In this document: positions 20,252 through 30,899 of the stretch, in pieces
Layout: each line of letters starts with the position of its first letter
Position numbering within the stretch: the first letter of the stretch is position 1
Assembly (NCBI GenBank): GCA_024761205.1
Contig: JAMASS010000024.1
Location: 12,079-76,078, forward strand
Direction: 5' to 3'
DNA: 64,000 nucleotides
Source: Limisphaerales bacterium
GTDB lineage: Bacteria > Verrucomicrobiota > Verrucomicrobiia > Limisphaerales > AAA164-E04
Position numbers and translations under genes: made by a program
The notes under the pieces: generated by a model
Told to the model about the DNA's origin: nothing
What the model saw: only the letters and a program-made list of their open reading frames with translations
Databases searched by the model: none

Positions 20252-21628
20252 CTAGTAACCAACTTTGATGGATAATCTAACCGTGTTGACGTCATAGTCA
20301 ACGATTCCGAACCTTCCCGGTTGCTGGATTCGGTGCAAAGATCGGTTGGAAGAAAACATCTGCGAAGAGTAAGATAAGCTAGAACTGAGCCACTCTTGAA
20401 TCTTGTGTTGAATTGAAAAAGTTCCGGTGAAGAAATCTTCTGATCGATCGCTGGAAGGACCCGTTCCGATCTCCCAGTTTTGGAAGCTCAGGCTGCCCGA
20501 AGCGGTGACGCGCCAGTTCTTCCGCCGACCGAATGGCTTGCTGACAGCAATCCGAACGCTGTCACTCACTCCCGACGAGTTCTCGGATTGGAGATCCACA
20601 AAGGTAGACCGAATGTAGGATATATCGGAGACGATGTCTCGTCCCATCCAGTATTCCAGAGAAAACTCGACAACCGGGGTGATGAAAGATGCGGAAACCT
20701 CGCTGTATGAGAGTCTTTGAATGCCAAAACTAACCTCTCCTGTAATGCGATTCGTGAACTTGCCCTTCGCGGAAAATCCACCGCCAACATAGGGTTGGCG
20801 GCTCGGGATAAGACTCTCAGCAAAACCGGGATTATTGACAAGGAAGCGAGTATTTACGCTAGTGGTCCTTCTACCGATGATGCCGTACGCACTGAGGGAA
20901 ACCTTGGGACGGATATGGAATCCCAATCCCTGTTGAAAGCTGATGTTGTCCGAATCAAGGATGGGGGTGTTGGATCCAAAATCGGTTAAGGAATACTGGC
21001 CCGTGGTTGTGGTGAAAGTTTTTGGGGTAAATTTGACCATTGCGACTATTGTTCCACCCAGAATCGAGCGTTCAACGAGAGTGCTGTCGTCTGGTGAAGT
21101 GGCCCTGGTCGCACCCGAAAGGGGAGAGAAATCATTATCGAAATTGAAACTGGGCGCCAAACTTACTTTCCCACGGTTCAGGGTTCCCCCAAAGCCAAAG
21201 TGGTGCCGGCCGGCGTTTTGGTCTGAATGGTTTAGAAAAAACCTGTGCGTATAGGAGTAATCTATGGAAAGCCAGTTTTTCGAGGGATTTCCAAGGACTA
21301 CCGTCGCACCTCCAGTGGCGGACGTGATTAAATCACCTTCCTTTTTGGCGGTGGGTATTCTCTCGCCTCCAAAAAAGATTGGCGTATCTGTCCGATAAAA
21401 GATGTTATCGTTGTATGTTTCGATGATTTCAAAACTGGGGCGAAGACTGACGTTTCCAATACGGTGAAAAAGGATGTCATCCGGTTCAATAGCCCATAAC
21501 CCATTCGCACTGAGCAAGATCGGCAGGAGGCACGAGCACCAAATTGTTGATGAGAGCGGAAGCCATGAGGATTTGATTGCCCGATCTAACCTCCCTGGGT
21601 CTGAATAAAAAATGGAATTAACACTCAC
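20252..21628 (-). CDS. putative outer-membrane beta-barrel protein associated with EPS export
   Basis: 458 aa with alternating beta-strand-like sequence and a C-terminal aromatic ending '...LSIKVGY'. It is the first gene of the three-gene export operon. Confidence 0.55.
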   Translation of the reverse strand: MSVNSIFYSDPGRLDRAIKSSWLPLSSTIWCSCLLPILLSANGLWAIEPDDILFHRIGNVSLRPSFEIIETYNDNIFYRTDTPIFFGGERIPTAKKEGDLITSATGGATVVLGNPSKNWLSIDYSYTHRFFLNHSDQNAGRHHFGFGGTLNRGKVSLAPSFNFDNDFSPLSGATRATSPDDSTLVERSILGGTIVAMVKFTPKTFTTTTGQYSLTDFGSNTPILDSDNISFQQGLGFHIRPKVSLSAYGIIGRRTTSVNTRFLVNNPGFAESLIPSRQPYVGGGFSAKGKFTNRITGEVSFGIQRLSYSEVSASFITPVVEFSLEYWMGRDIVSDISYIRSTFVDLQSENSSGVSDSVRIAVSKPFGRRKNWRVTASGSLSFQNWEIGTGPSSDRSEDFFTGTFSIQHKIQEWLSSSLSYSSQMFSSNRSLHRIQQPGRFGIVDYDVNTVRLSIKVGY

Positions 21629-21654
21629 GAAGTGAGGTGGTTATGCGGATTATT

Positions 21655-22026
21655 TTAAGTTAATTGCGATTCCAGTTTGCCAAGAATCATCTCCGAATTG
21701 AGAACTGATATAGCAGGAATATCTAGTATTGCAATCTTACAATGGGCTCCAAAGGCTTTTTTCAGTGCTTTGGGGAGCAAAAGCAAAGGGCAGGACCCCG
21801 CAGTCCAGAGGAAAGGAAGTGAGGTATTGGGAAGATAGATGATGAAAGAGACATCAGGTCCCGGGTAGCCGAAACAAGCCACCAATGGAATCACTTCTTC
21901 GATGAGATTACCGATGCTATGCGAGAGGCTAGCACCCCCCGCGTTTGCAAAGCCGTCAATCATTGCGACCTCGCTCGCGTTGTCGTGCGTGGTCCCGGCT
22001 ACACTGGGGCTGTGCCCACCATCCAC
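21655..22026 (-). CDS. hypothetical protein, possibly the 3' remnant of a disrupted gene
   Basis: 123-aa GTG-initiated ORF. The same frame is open upstream to an in-frame TGA ('..LVLVTAGAGVFRQQRPH*ISNGDLEANV..'). No family recognised. Confidence 0.25.
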   Translation of the reverse strand: MDGGHSPSVAGTTHDNASEVAMIDGFANAGGASLSHSIGNLIEEVIPLVACFGYPGPDVSFIIYLPNTSLPFLWTAGSCPLLLLPKALKKAFGAHCKIAILDIPAISVLNSEMILGKLESQLT

Positions 22027-22289
22027 ATCTAGGGTTGCATGTCTTACATTGGCTTCAAGGTCTCCGTTGCTGATTCAATGCGGTCTTTGCTGGCGAAATA
22101 CCCCGGCCCCGGCAGTCACAAGCACCAAAGATCAGTTCACACGATCTCTCTCATACACTCCGATAGTTAGTGGGCAGATGCGTCATCTTCACCGATTGAC
22201 AGGAAATGTGTGGGATGGGTTTCATGATTTGTAACTAGTTTATGGACAAAGAGTTAATAATTTTTTTGGCCAAGTCAGTGGGTGAAATG

Positions 22290-23397
22290 GCTTGGCCAAA
22301 TTTATGCTCTCTCTGCTTAAAGAATGGATATCTTCTAGGCCCCGACCGTCGCTATCCTCGAAATCATTGATTCGAATCTTTTTTGCGAGCCATTATTGCG
22401 GAGACGGGACCCGAGCTGATCTCCCCGAATGCGAAGCAGTCGGCCTCTTGGCCGTTTCTGACGAAGATTCGATCTGAAGATACGGATGGGTGGCTCCAGC
22501 ATTTGCCCAAAAGGGAGACGAATTCCAAGTCTTCCGTAACGAATCAGGGCTAGCGTGAACGATGACTCGGATCGCCATAGACAAGTGGCGATCCAGCCAT
22601 GCCCCATTTGAGATTGACCGCCCCGACGTTCTCCAAAATCTATCGCGTCCAGACAAGTCGACCGGTCCTTGCCTCTAAACAATCAAGGATTTCGTTTGCG
22701 CCCAAGGCATAGACATAGCCACCGCTAAAGATGAGGGTTACCCGAGGCCCATCCCCGCCCATTCGTTCTGAGAATATGACTTCGCTTTTGTGAATTCACC
22801 GCAGTTGTCCGGTTCGGGCCGAGTAGCACGAGATGGTTTCGTAGTTGACTCGCTGCTCTTGGGTGACGGCGTAGTCGTCAACAACGGAGAAGGACGGCCA
22901 CTCGAGACCGACGGGGGACTCCAGAGGGGTTTGTCCCGGAGCCCAGTCTTCAGGAATGGTGACTCCAAGGACGATCCCATCGCGATTCGGACCGCTGAAT
23001 TGAGGCCAGTCCCTAGCTTAGCCCACCAATAACGAATCTGGATCGTCTTCGAAAACCGGTGACTCCACTTAGCCGGTCGGATGATTCAGGAGTACCGCCG
23101 CTCGCTCCTCAGCCGTCTGGGGCCAACGAAAGGCAAACTTTCGGAATCATTTCTTCCGACACGCCGTCAAATCGAAAAACGAGTCTTATTGGATCAATAA
23201 TCGCGCCTTCACAGTGCCCGCCTGCAGAGCAACCACCAAACGAGGAGGAGGACGAGCGTTATGACCGCCGTCCCCATCAGTGAGAGGGTCCTTGCAGGGT
23301 TCTTTCGCCCATGATCGTTCCGTGAACGAAATACGTAATCAGTTCCAGGATGCCGATGGTGAAAGCAGGCCACCATCAAATTCCAGTGCTGTGTCAT
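22290..23397 (-). pseudogene. PQQ-like beta-propeller (BamB-family) paralogue, decayed
   Basis: Verified translation: 'WPQFSGPNRDGIVLGVTIPEDWAPGQTPLE..SFSVVDDYAVTQEQR..ETISCYSARTGQLR*IHKSEVIFSERMGGDGPRVTLIFSGGYVYALGANEILDCLEARTGRLVWTR*'. It contains TGA and TAG stops and further frameshifts downstream ('WGMAGSPLVYGD'). Confidence 0.55.
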
Positions 23398-23478
23398 CGC
23401 CTTCCCACTATTCTTGAATTATTAGGCCACGCCAAGAATTGATATGTGACGTTTGTGGAACAAGGTCGTTCGCCGAGA

Positions 23479-24288
23479 CTACTCAGGAATTGGCCAGGCC
23501 CAACCAGCGGTAAAGCCCCCGTCAACGTATAAAATCTGTCCGGTCATGAAGGCTGAGGCCGGGCTCGCAAGAAAGACTGCCGTCCCCACCATGTCGATGG
23601 GCCGTCCGAGTCGCCCCATCGGAGTGTTCGTGCGTCCCCATTCCTGCATAGTTGGATCGGACCAAAGTTTCTCTGTGAGGTCAGTGAGAATGAAACCAGG
23701 CGCCAAGGCGTTGACCCGAATCCCGCGATCGCCCCATTCCATCGCGAGAGATCGCGTCATTTGACCGAGCGCCGATTTGCTCATGGCATAGGGCAAAACG
23801 TTTTTGAGAGGCCGATCGGTGTTGAGCGAGGCAATGTTAATCTGGCAACCCCCACCCTGCGCAATCATTTGCAGCCCGGCTTTCTGGCTGAGTTGAAAGG
23901 CTCCCTTGAGGTTAATATCCAGAATGAAGTCATAATCGTCCTCGGTAACGGTCTCAGCTGGTTTCCGGCGATTTACCCCAGCGACATTGATTAGGGTGTC
24001 GATGCGGCTAAAACGGGACACGACGGTCTCAATCAACTGGCTGGTTTCGGCCCCGGCGGCCACGTCGCACTGAATGGCAGTCACTCGCTGATCGGTCGCA
24101 CCGATCTTGGTGGCTACCGCCTCCAGCGGTGGAATATTCCGTCCGGTGATGATCACTTGAGCGTTCCTTTCAGCGAATGCCTGGGCGATCGCTCGCCCGA
24201 TGCCTCGGCTCGCCCCGGAAATCAGGACGACTTGGTCTTTTACGGAGAATAGCGGATCGTTCATGAACTTCAGTTTGTTGCCGAGCAT
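23479..24288 (-). CDS. SDR-family oxidoreductase (gluconate 5-dehydrogenase/FabG-like)
   Basis: 'ISGASRGIGRAIA', 'NVAGV', 'YAMSKSAL', 'RVNALAPG'. An alternative start ATG lies at 24264. Confidence 0.9.
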   Translation of the reverse strand: MLGNKLKFMNDPLFSVKDQVVLISGASRGIGRAIAQAFAERNAQVIITGRNIPPLEAVATKIGATDQRVTAIQCDVAAGAETSQLIETVVSRFSRIDTLINVAGVNRRKPAETVTEDDYDFILDINLKGAFQLSQKAGLQMIAQGGGCQINIASLNTDRPLKNVLPYAMSKSALGQMTRSLAMEWGDRGIRVNALAPGFILTDLTEKLWSDPTMQEWGRTNTPMGRLGRPIDMVGTAVFLASPASAFMTGQILYVDGGFTAGWAWPIPE

Positions 24289-24831
24289 GAAGAGCCCAAA
24301 GAGCGGGCGTCAATCTCATTCCGATTGTGCAGACGGCATGCTTGAGTCACGCTCCGAAGATTAGCTGAACTGTTGAGTCAATTGGATTCCCTGAAACAGG
24401 CGATCGGTTTGCCGAAGAGACCGTTTGTTGTGGATAAAACGAGTTTTTCACGCTGCTACTAAGCATGCGATCTTTCGGCGTGTGAAGGGAGGTGTTGCTA
24501 TGACGGCGTCTATTTGGAAGCGGCGAAAGTCACGCCCATGGAAAGGCTGTTAGGCGAATATGCCAAATTGCTGAGAACATGGGGGATGAATCTTAGCGAA
24601 TCGTCTTTGAATTAGATCGATGAGAAGGGCGGCAACCCCCGGGTTCGGACCCGCTTGCGCCCCATCCTTACGCCTCGAATGCCGAAATACCTGACCATTT
24701 CACCGCAACTAGCTGCGTGTTTCGTGGTTCCGACGGCAAATGCGCCTTGCTGTAGTTGTCGGTTGAGTTAGGGCAGAATCCATGGTTCTACAAACCGATT
24801 TAAGGATGGGATTTTGTTCTGCACCGAGGGC

Positions 24832-24841
24832 GGGGGGGGGG
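24832..24841. repeat. G10 homopolymer in a ~1-kb non-coding gap
   Basis: Ten consecutive G read directly from the sequence ('gagggc gggggggggg aaag'). Confidence 0.8.
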
Positions 24842-25105
24842 AAAGTAGTATTAACCGGAGTCCAGACGGAGGGGGCTTAAGTTCGAGTAACATTGAACGG
24901 TAACGTGGATCGGGGATGGTGACTTGGCGGCCATTACGGCCCAGAAGGCTTTGAGGGGAGCACCCGGAAATCCGGCGACCAAGGGGGCGCATTGGTTTCC
25001 TTGGGCATAACGACTATGGCGAGTTCCGCAAACGACGCATCAAGGAATTCCCTGCTCCGAATCGATCTTTGAGGCATCTTGCAAAGATGTTGGCAGCGTC
25101 TTAAA

Positions 25106-25264
25106 TCAAGTGCGGCCTTTGTCTTCCGGACTGAACTTTCTTTCTTTGCCGAAAGGCTGTCGGACTTGTTCGTAACGGCGCGCCCCAACCGTGGTACCAA
25201 TCATCAATCCGACGATTAGGCCGATGGTGAGATTATCGAAGAGAACACCGAATACGATCCCCAT
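25106..25264 (-). CDS. possible 52-aa glycine-zipper membrane peptide
   Basis: 'MGIVFGVLFDNLTIGLIVGLMIGTTVGARRYEQVRQPFGKERKFSPEDKGRT'. It is below the ORF-track length cutoff and is supported only by its protein-like composition. Confidence 0.25.
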   Translation of the reverse strand: MGIVFGVLFDNLTIGLIVGLMIGTTVGARRYEQVRQPFGKERKFSPEDKGRT

Positions 25265-25362
25265 GGTGGTGAGCCGTCCAGATGTCTATTTCTTCCTCGC
25301 CACTTATGTCATTGAGCATCATTCGCGAAGCTGGACGGGGGAACCTGATTCATCTTTAGCAA

Positions 25363-28068
25363 CTAAACTGCCGTGACGCGCACGGGACAGACTTTCAGTT
25401 CGGCAGTTTCGGTGACGGGATCATAACCGGATCCCGTAAGAACATTTATCGGAACGTTGCTGAAGCTGAAACTGGCAAAGACCGTGCCACGTGGGGAACG
25501 ATCAGTCACTGCGGCTTTGATACGAATGCTGCCCCGAGCGCTGCTGAGTTCGCACCAACTACCGTCTTCAAGCGCCCATTCTTGGGCATCCTCAGGATGC
25601 ACTTCGAGCGATTCCTCGGCGAGGAGGTAGTCAATGCCCTGGGCGCGTCCGGTTTGAGTTCGCGTGTGATAAGCCTGAAGTCGTCGGCCAGTGGTTAACC
25701 AAACCGGGAACTCATCGGAAATCGTTTCGGCGGGATCACGATAGTTGATGACGCGGAAGATTCCACGGCCATTTTTAAACTCACCCTCATGCAATATGGG
25801 CGTGCCGGGATGATCTTTGTCAGGGACGGGCCAGTGGTATTTGCCCTTGTCAATACGTTCCCAATCGAGCCCGGCGTAGATGGGGGAAAGGCTGCACAGC
25901 TCGTTAAAGACTTCCTGAGGAGAGCGGAAGTTGAATCCCTGGAAGCCGAGCCGCTGGCTGATTTGGCTGATGATCCACCAATCAGGTCTGGAACTACCCG
26001 CAGGGGGCACGGCCGCTCGGAGCCGCTGCACACGCCGTTCGGTATTGGTGCACACGCCGTCGGTCTCGGCCCAAGCGGTTGCGGGCAGGACAACATCGGC
26101 GAGTGCCGCCGTTTCCGTCAGGAATATATCAATGACCACCAGATGATCTAATGCCTTGAGGGCGTGCTCACAGTGCTCGCGGTCGGGATCCGAGATCAGC
26201 GTGTTCTCGCCGTCGATGAGCATGGCTTTGATATCTTTGCCGCATTGATTGAGCGCCGTCACCTTGGTGATTCCCTTCTCGGCATCCATGGCACGGCCAT
26301 AAAGCTCCTCGAATTTTGCCTGCGCCTTCGGGTCAGTGACCGGTTGAAAGCCGGGGTAATTCGCCGGAACCGCGCCTGCGTCCCCCGCGCCCTGAATATT
26401 GTTCTGCCCGCGCATCGGATTGATGCCCGCCCCCTCGCGACCGACATTGCCGGTCATAAGGGCGAGGTTGCAAAGGCTTTGTACGTTGTCGACCCCGCAG
26501 ATGTGTTCGGTAATTCCTAGGGTGTAATAAATCGCGGAACGATCCGCCTCCCCGTACCACAGGGCTGCTTGCTCAATATCTCTTGCCGAAACTTCGGTGA
26601 TCGCCGCCGCCCACTCGGGTGTGAATGTTTGGATATGTTCAAGGAATTCCGACCCTCCCGCGGTGCGATGCTCAATGAAGGCCGGATCGATCAAATTCTC
26701 ACGAGCGATGACATGCGCCATGGCCAGGAGAAGAGCAACGTCGGAGCCGACCCTGATCGGCAGATAGAGGCCGGCCATCTCGGCCAAGGCAATGCGGCGG
26801 GGATCGGCCACGATCAGGCGAGAGCCCCGTCGAAGCGCCTTCTTGATTCCAGTCGCGGCGACCGGATGGCACTCGGTCATGTTCGTGCCGATGCAGAAAA
26901 TGACATCGGGTTTCTGCATGTCGACGAGAGGATTCGACATGGCTCCCCTACCAATGGTGGCTGCCAGACCGGCAACCGTCGGGGCGTGTCAAGCACGGCT
27001 GCAGTTATCAATCTGGTGAGTGCCGAAACCCGCCCGAATAAACTTCTGCATCATATAGTCCGCTTCCGACGGCGTTCGTCCCGAAGCGACACCGTAGATG
27101 CTGCGGCGTCCGTGTTTCTCCAATACCCTGCGGAAGCCATCGGCCGCTCGATCAAGCGCTTCCTCCCAAGTCGCTTCGTGAAGCTTTCCATCGTCGCGAC
27201 GAACCATCGGTGTTTTCAGACGATCCGGGTGTTGGACAAAATCAAAAGCGAATTGGCCTTTGATACAGAGCGCCCCCTGATTTGCCGGGCCGTCCATGGC
27301 AGGTTGAACCCCGACTAGTCGATCACCCTTGGTTAAGAGATCGACCGAGCACCCCACGCCACAGTAAGGACAGACCGTTCGTGTCTTCTTGATGACACCC
27401 GGAACCGTTTCAGCGCGCATCGCTTTTTTGTCAGCTAATGCGCCAGTGGGGCAGGTTTGAACGCACTGGCCACAAAAGGTGCAGGATGATTCTTTTAGAG
27501 TGCCGGAGAATTCGGTGGTAATCTGCGTGTTGAACCCGCGTCCGCGAATGCTGATGGCGTGATCACCTTCTTGCTCGGCGCAGACTCGCACACACCGGTA
27601 GCAGGAAATGCAACGGTCATAGTCTCTTAAAATGAACGGATTCTCATCTTCGACATGAGAGCGGCCGGATTGTCGCCCCTGAAATCGTCCGGTATCAGCA
27701 CGATATTCATCAAGCAGGGTTGACAATTCTTGAGAAGCGTAACCGCGTAGCGGATCGACGGCGATATCCGGATTTTCCGAGGCCACCATTTCGAGCAACA
27801 CTTTACGATGTTTCTTGATGCTCTCGGTGACCGTGTGAACCATCATGCCGGGCATTGCTTTGGTCGTGCATGAAGCCACCGGGTTTCTAATGTCCCCGAT
27901 TTCCACCATGCAGAGGCGGCAGCCACCAAAGGCTTCCAAACGCGGATCATAGCAAAGCGTCGGAATGGTCCTTTCGTGGCGCTGAGCAATCTCGTAGATG
28001 GTCTCGCCTTCGTTGAAGGCGACGATCTCACCGTCGAGTGTGATTTTGCTGGCCTTAATACTGACCAT
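25363..28068 (-). CDS. fdhA: selenocysteine-containing formate dehydrogenase alpha subunit (NAD-linked FdhA/FdsA type), read through UGA at 26989-26991
   Basis: ORFs 26989..28068 and 25363..26940 are in the same frame and are separated only by a TGA: '..HQIDNCSRA-U-HAPTVAGLAATIGRGAMSNP..'. The N-terminus has 2Fe-2S and 4Fe-4S Cys clusters ('CISCYRCVRVC', 'CTFCGQCVQTCP', 'CPYCGVGCS'). The C-terminal part is a molybdopterin oxidoreductase. Confidence 0.85.
26959..26977 (-). promoter_or_regulatory. SECIS-like hairpin for fdhA
   Basis: On the mRNA, GGUUGCC-GGUCU-GGCAGCC (7-bp stem) starts 11 nt after the UGA. As I recall it, this is nearly the same as the E. coli fdhF SECIS apical stem-loop GGUUGCAGGUCUGCACC. 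Confidence 0.7.
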
Positions 28069-28090
28069 TGATCCTGATGAGCATATTGAT

Positions 28091-29770
28091 TTAGGACCGG
28101 TTTTGCACGTGTTTTGTGATTTGGTCCGGGAAATACTTGGCCAGACTTTTCGTGATGTTGGGCGCAGCCATCCCGAGCCCGCAGGCGCTCGCAGCCATCA
28201 TGGTCATGCCCATATCGTCCACTTCAAGATTCCAAGCCTCGAGGTCTTTGGAACCCGTCTGACCGGCGAGGTACTCTGTGAGGCGTTCGGTACCGATGCG
28301 GCAAGGGAAACATTTGCCGCAAGATTCCTCAGCGAAGAAGGCCATCGCTTCATGAGCGGCTGCGACCATGTTACGGGTGTTGTCGTAGACGATGATTCCG
28401 CCAGCGCCAAGGAAAGAACCCTTACTTCGGATGGAGGGATCGTCCAATGTGACCTCCAGATCGTCGCCTGCAAGATACCCCCCGGACAAGCCTGCCATGG
28501 TGACGGCTTGAATGGAGTTGCCATCAGGCGGACCGCCCGCCCAATCGTAGAGCAACGTTCGCAGCGGCAGGCCGAGAGGAACCTCGTAATTGCCCGACCT
28601 TCGAATGTCACCTGAAAGGCTGATCACTTTCGTCCCGGCGTGATCGTTAAGACCGAGACCTCGGTACCAATCGGCTCCTTTCAGGACGATTTGAGGCACT
28701 GCGGCGAGGGTTTCAACATTGTTCACAACCGTTGGTCGGTCGTGGTAGCCATGGGTCACGGGAAACGGCGGGCGGTTGCGGGGAAAGGGATGTTTGCCTT
28801 CGAGCGAATTCAACAGAGATCCCTCCTCGCCGCAAATGTAGGCTCCGGCGCCTCTGCGGAGGTAAAGATCAAAATGAATATCTTTTTCTCCACTATGATC
28901 GCCGAGGTATCCGGCTGAATAGGCTTCATCTATTGCCTGTTGCAGCAGGCCAAGCGTCCGAGGGTATTCGTAACGAAGATACAGGAAACCTTGGGTGGCG
29001 CCTGCGGCATAGGCGGCGATGAGCATGCCTTCAATGACGGCGTGGGGATCGTAGTCCAGGACCGCTCGATCTTTGAAGCAGCCGGGTTCACCTTCGTCGG
29101 CATTGCATACGACGGTCTTTGGTTCGCCCGGAGCTTCGGCAACCGCTTTCCATTTTGTGCCGGTGGGAAAGCCGGCGCCCCCGCGTCCGGCTAACTTGCT
29201 TTCCGAAATCAACGTGATGACGTCGCCCGGACTGTGGGTGGCAAGAATTTTGTCCATTGCGGCATAACCTCCGGAATCACGGTATCCAGAAATCGTGGCT
29301 CGATTCGGCTCTCGGATCTTGGCGAAGATACATTCTTCAACATTTCCGGGATTGGGGACCGGCAAGGGAGCCGGTCTTTCCGCCAAAGCTCCGGCTGCGT
29401 TGCCGACCAAGGCTCGATGGCCTTTTAAGACGGGAATCGGATCGTCGCAACGCCCCGCGCACGCCATGGTGCTGGCCCCGAGATCGGCAAGTGATGCCAG
29501 CAGTTGAGCACTGCCTTTGAGATAGCAAACAGGCCCCGCGCAGACACGTGGAGCTGATTGACCGGGCGGTTCTTGGGAAAGATGATGGTAAAACGTGATC
29601 GTCCCGTAGAGCTCGGCCAGGGGAATCTTCAATCCGGCAGCTATGTCCCGGATGACCGGTTCGCTGAGATGGCCGTCCCGATCATGAAAGGCATGGAGAA
29701 CCGAAAGCAATGGAGCCGGTTCCTGCTTCCACTGATCGATAATCGACTGGTTGGTTGCCTGAGTATCCAC
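28091..29770 (-). CDS. formate dehydrogenase beta subunit (fused NuoE-like and NuoF-like NAD/FMN/FeS protein)
   Basis: 559 aa. It has a NuoE-like N-terminus, 'GRGGAGFPTG', 'GAGAYICGEEGSLLNSLEG' and the 4Fe-4S motif 'ESCGKCFPCRIG'. Confidence 0.85.
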   Translation of the reverse strand: MDTQATNQSIIDQWKQEPAPLLSVLHAFHDRDGHLSEPVIRDIAAGLKIPLAELYGTITFYHHLSQEPPGQSAPRVCAGPVCYLKGSAQLLASLADLGASTMACAGRCDDPIPVLKGHRALVGNAAGALAERPAPLPVPNPGNVEECIFAKIREPNRATISGYRDSGGYAAMDKILATHSPGDVITLISESKLAGRGGAGFPTGTKWKAVAEAPGEPKTVVCNADEGEPGCFKDRAVLDYDPHAVIEGMLIAAYAAGATQGFLYLRYEYPRTLGLLQQAIDEAYSAGYLGDHSGEKDIHFDLYLRRGAGAYICGEEGSLLNSLEGKHPFPRNRPPFPVTHGYHDRPTVVNNVETLAAVPQIVLKGADWYRGLGLNDHAGTKVISLSGDIRRSGNYEVPLGLPLRTLLYDWAGGPPDGNSIQAVTMAGLSGGYLAGDDLEVTLDDPSIRSKGSFLGAGGIIVYDNTRNMVAAAHEAMAFFAEESCGKCFPCRIGTERLTEYLAGQTGSKDLEAWNLEVDDMGMTMMAASACGLGMAAPNITKSLAKYFPDQITKHVQNRS

Positions 29771-29857
29771 TCGTGATTCTCCTGCCTCAAAACGTTCGTT
29801 GGTTGACAGGCAAGACGATAGGGGTCGGTTGGGTTCTCGCGCAAACCAAATATGGCT

Positions 29858-30400
29858 CTACTTCAGACTGTTGAGAACTTCCGCAAGGTCGGCAACTTGC
29901 CTCAGGATCATGTCTTTCAAGAGCAGCTCGGGGCATGACGGAGAGTTGACTGGCAGGAAGCGTTCAATCTGCAAAGCCGGAATGGTCACTTGCTGGTTGT
30001 TGACTTTGCGAAGGGTGATTGGGTCTTTGGCATGAGCCGAGAGAAAACCGGAGAGGTATCCGCCATCATACGTGCCAAGGTTGTAAGTGATGCCTTCCGG
30101 GGCAATCTTCCGTAATGCAGCGTTCGCACCAATCGCGGATAGCGGGATTGTGGTGTTCGCTCGCACGAGTCACAAGAGCCGCAGCAATCTTCGTGGGTAG
30201 TTTTCATCTCGCATGATTACCTGCGTCAGCAAGGCTTTGCTGAGAGTGGCCAAACAAGTGTCTAGTGCGTTCGGTTTAGGCTTCGCCGGTGAACTTTGGA
30301 GCTGGAAAAGGGCCTGAACAACCGCTAAGTCGAGATCGACGGTTTTGCCCAGGAGAAAGCTGTCGCATCCAAGCATGGATTAGTTTCAGACCTCTTTCTA
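29858..30400 (-). pseudogene. cytochrome c / PVC-type haem-binding domain remnant
   Basis: The C-terminal part 'IGANAAL..YDGGYLSGF...ITLRKVNNQQVTIPALQIERFLPVNSPSCPELLLKDMILRQVADLAEVLNSL' matches the usual haem-binding-domain tail. The CxxCH site reads 'CGSCD' and is frameshifted relative to it. Confidence 0.4.
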
Positions 30401-30899
30401 AAAATCCAAGGCTCCGGTTTTCGATCGTTTTCCGCCAGTGTTCCGTTCGTGTAGCCCGAACGTTTGATCGCTCATAAAACCTCCTCCGCGACGGCCTCCT
30501 GCCGGGTCGCATAACTCTGGCGGGTTCGTTCTCGAAGTATGCCTTCCAGTCGGGACCGGTCTGGCTTTGCACTCGTGCTGCCCATGCTTTGCCAAATGCC
30601 TTTCCACTTCGCTTCAATGCTTCGCGCCCCAAGAGATTGAACAAGTTGGCCATTGCCTGTTCTTGAGGGGTCATGGCGTCGTATTCCACGAGTTCGCTTT
30701 GCAGTCTGGCAACTTGCTCGGTGTTACCCTCTTCCTCGTAGTAGGCCATGAGTCGGAGTAGATTTTCCAGGAATACTCCTTGCGAGCGGTTAAGGTAGGC
30801 TTCGTGTTTCCGGTTTCCTTCGCGGAATGCTTTTTTCCGAGCCAGAATTTCCGGCAATATTTCCATCAGTTCAGCTTTTTGCTCCGGCGTCAGGTTGCG

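Noticed and set aside
22290-23397. Recurrent TGA at conserved Trp positions (here 'TGQLR*IHK', and also at 56306) raised the idea of UGA=Trp recoding (genetic code 4).
   Set aside because: Intact genes such as thiE (stop at 1351-1353) and the PfkB kinase (stop at 2308-2310) clearly terminate at TGA at the expected protein length. The TGA-containing genes also carry TAG stops and frameshifts. The standard code with pseudogenes explains the data.
24640-24680. A 'cccgggttcggacccg' T-arm-like motif in the non-coding gap. I considered a tRNA or a tmRNA 3' end.
   Set aside because: The loop is 6 nt rather than 7. There is no acceptor stem pairing or CCA context, and no tmRNA tag-ORF or 5' GGGG start nearby.
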